Shown in pieces: positions 34,124 to 34,672 of a stretch of DNA of 34,672 nucleotides. How positions within the stretch are numbered: the first letter of the stretch is position 1; the number at the start of each line of letters is the position of its first letter. The translations under genes were made by a program, and so were the position numbers. The notes under the pieces are model-generated. The model was not told the DNA's origin. It searched no databases and saw nothing but the letters and a program-made list of their open reading frames with translations. The DNA comes from Callorhinchus milii. Lineage: Eukaryota. The stretch spans positions 1 to 34,672 of the forward strand of contig NW_024705558.1 of the NCBI RefSeq assembly GCF_018977255.1, in the 5' to 3' direction.

Positions 34124-34672
34124 AGGAGGAAACTGTTAGCACTAAAAAGTGACAAATTCCCTGGTCCGGATGTTTGCATCCCAGGGTTTTAAAAGAGGAG
34201 CTTATGAGGTAGTGTCTGATCTTCCAAAATTTCTTGGATTCTGGAACCGTCCCCATGGATTGGAAGATCGCAAATGTCACACCACTATTTAGAAAAGGTG
34301 GAAAGGAAAAGATGGGGAAACTATAGGCAGTTAGTCTCACATCAGTGATGGGAAGAATTTTAGAATCATTGATTAAGGATGTGGTAGTGCGGTATTTAGG
34401 GCACAATATAATTAGGCCAAGTCAACACGGCTTTACAAAAGGGAAGTCATGTTTGACAAATATAGAGTTTTTTGAGGATATTTCCAGTAAACTCGATAAG
34501 GGTGAATCAGTGGATGTGGTCTATTTGGACTTCCAGAAGGCATTCAATAAGGTGCCACATAAAAGGTTAGTCCAAAAGATAAGGGCCCATGGAATTGGGG
34601 AGAGCATATTAACGTGGATTGGGGAATGGTTAACGGGTAGGAAACAAAGAGTAGGAATAAACGGGTCCTTTA
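34124..34672 (+). mobile_element. CR1 RT N-terminal half in opposite orientation to the adjoining CR1 (inverted 5' segment)
   Basis: K-PGPD, DWKIANVTPLF, QHGFTKGKSC, YLDFQKAF-KVPH and GRKQRVGINGS motifs on the plus strand. Confidence 0.93.

Overview
Eukaryotic, repeat-dense vertebrate DNA. The CR1/L2 LINE and tRNA-derived SINE families suggest a cartilaginous fish, possibly a holocephalan (inference). There is one clear host gene: a complete three-exon MCL1-type Bcl-2 family gene on the minus strand (CDS 22207-21850, 17962-17715, 14529-14413; 723 nt, 240 aa). It has canonical GT-AG introns in the MCL1 positions and phases, a TATA/CRE/CEBP-like promoter and two poly(A) signals. It keeps the BH1 NWGR motif, BH2, the C-terminal anchor and an SLPxSP phosphodegron, but its N-terminus is short and its BH3 lacks the near-invariant Asp. 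The rest is nested retroelements: CR1 LINEs, L2 LINEs, a young tRNA-Ala-derived SINE sharing the L2 3' stem-loop, an old DeuSINE, a 745-bp solo LTR with a 4-bp TSD, and large simple-sequence arrays. The most notable structural oddity is a CR1 at the right end whose inverted 5' part matches the twin-priming geometry. I see no evidence for a prokaryote-type or wholly new multi-gene system. Most ORFs in the supplied track are repeat artefacts.
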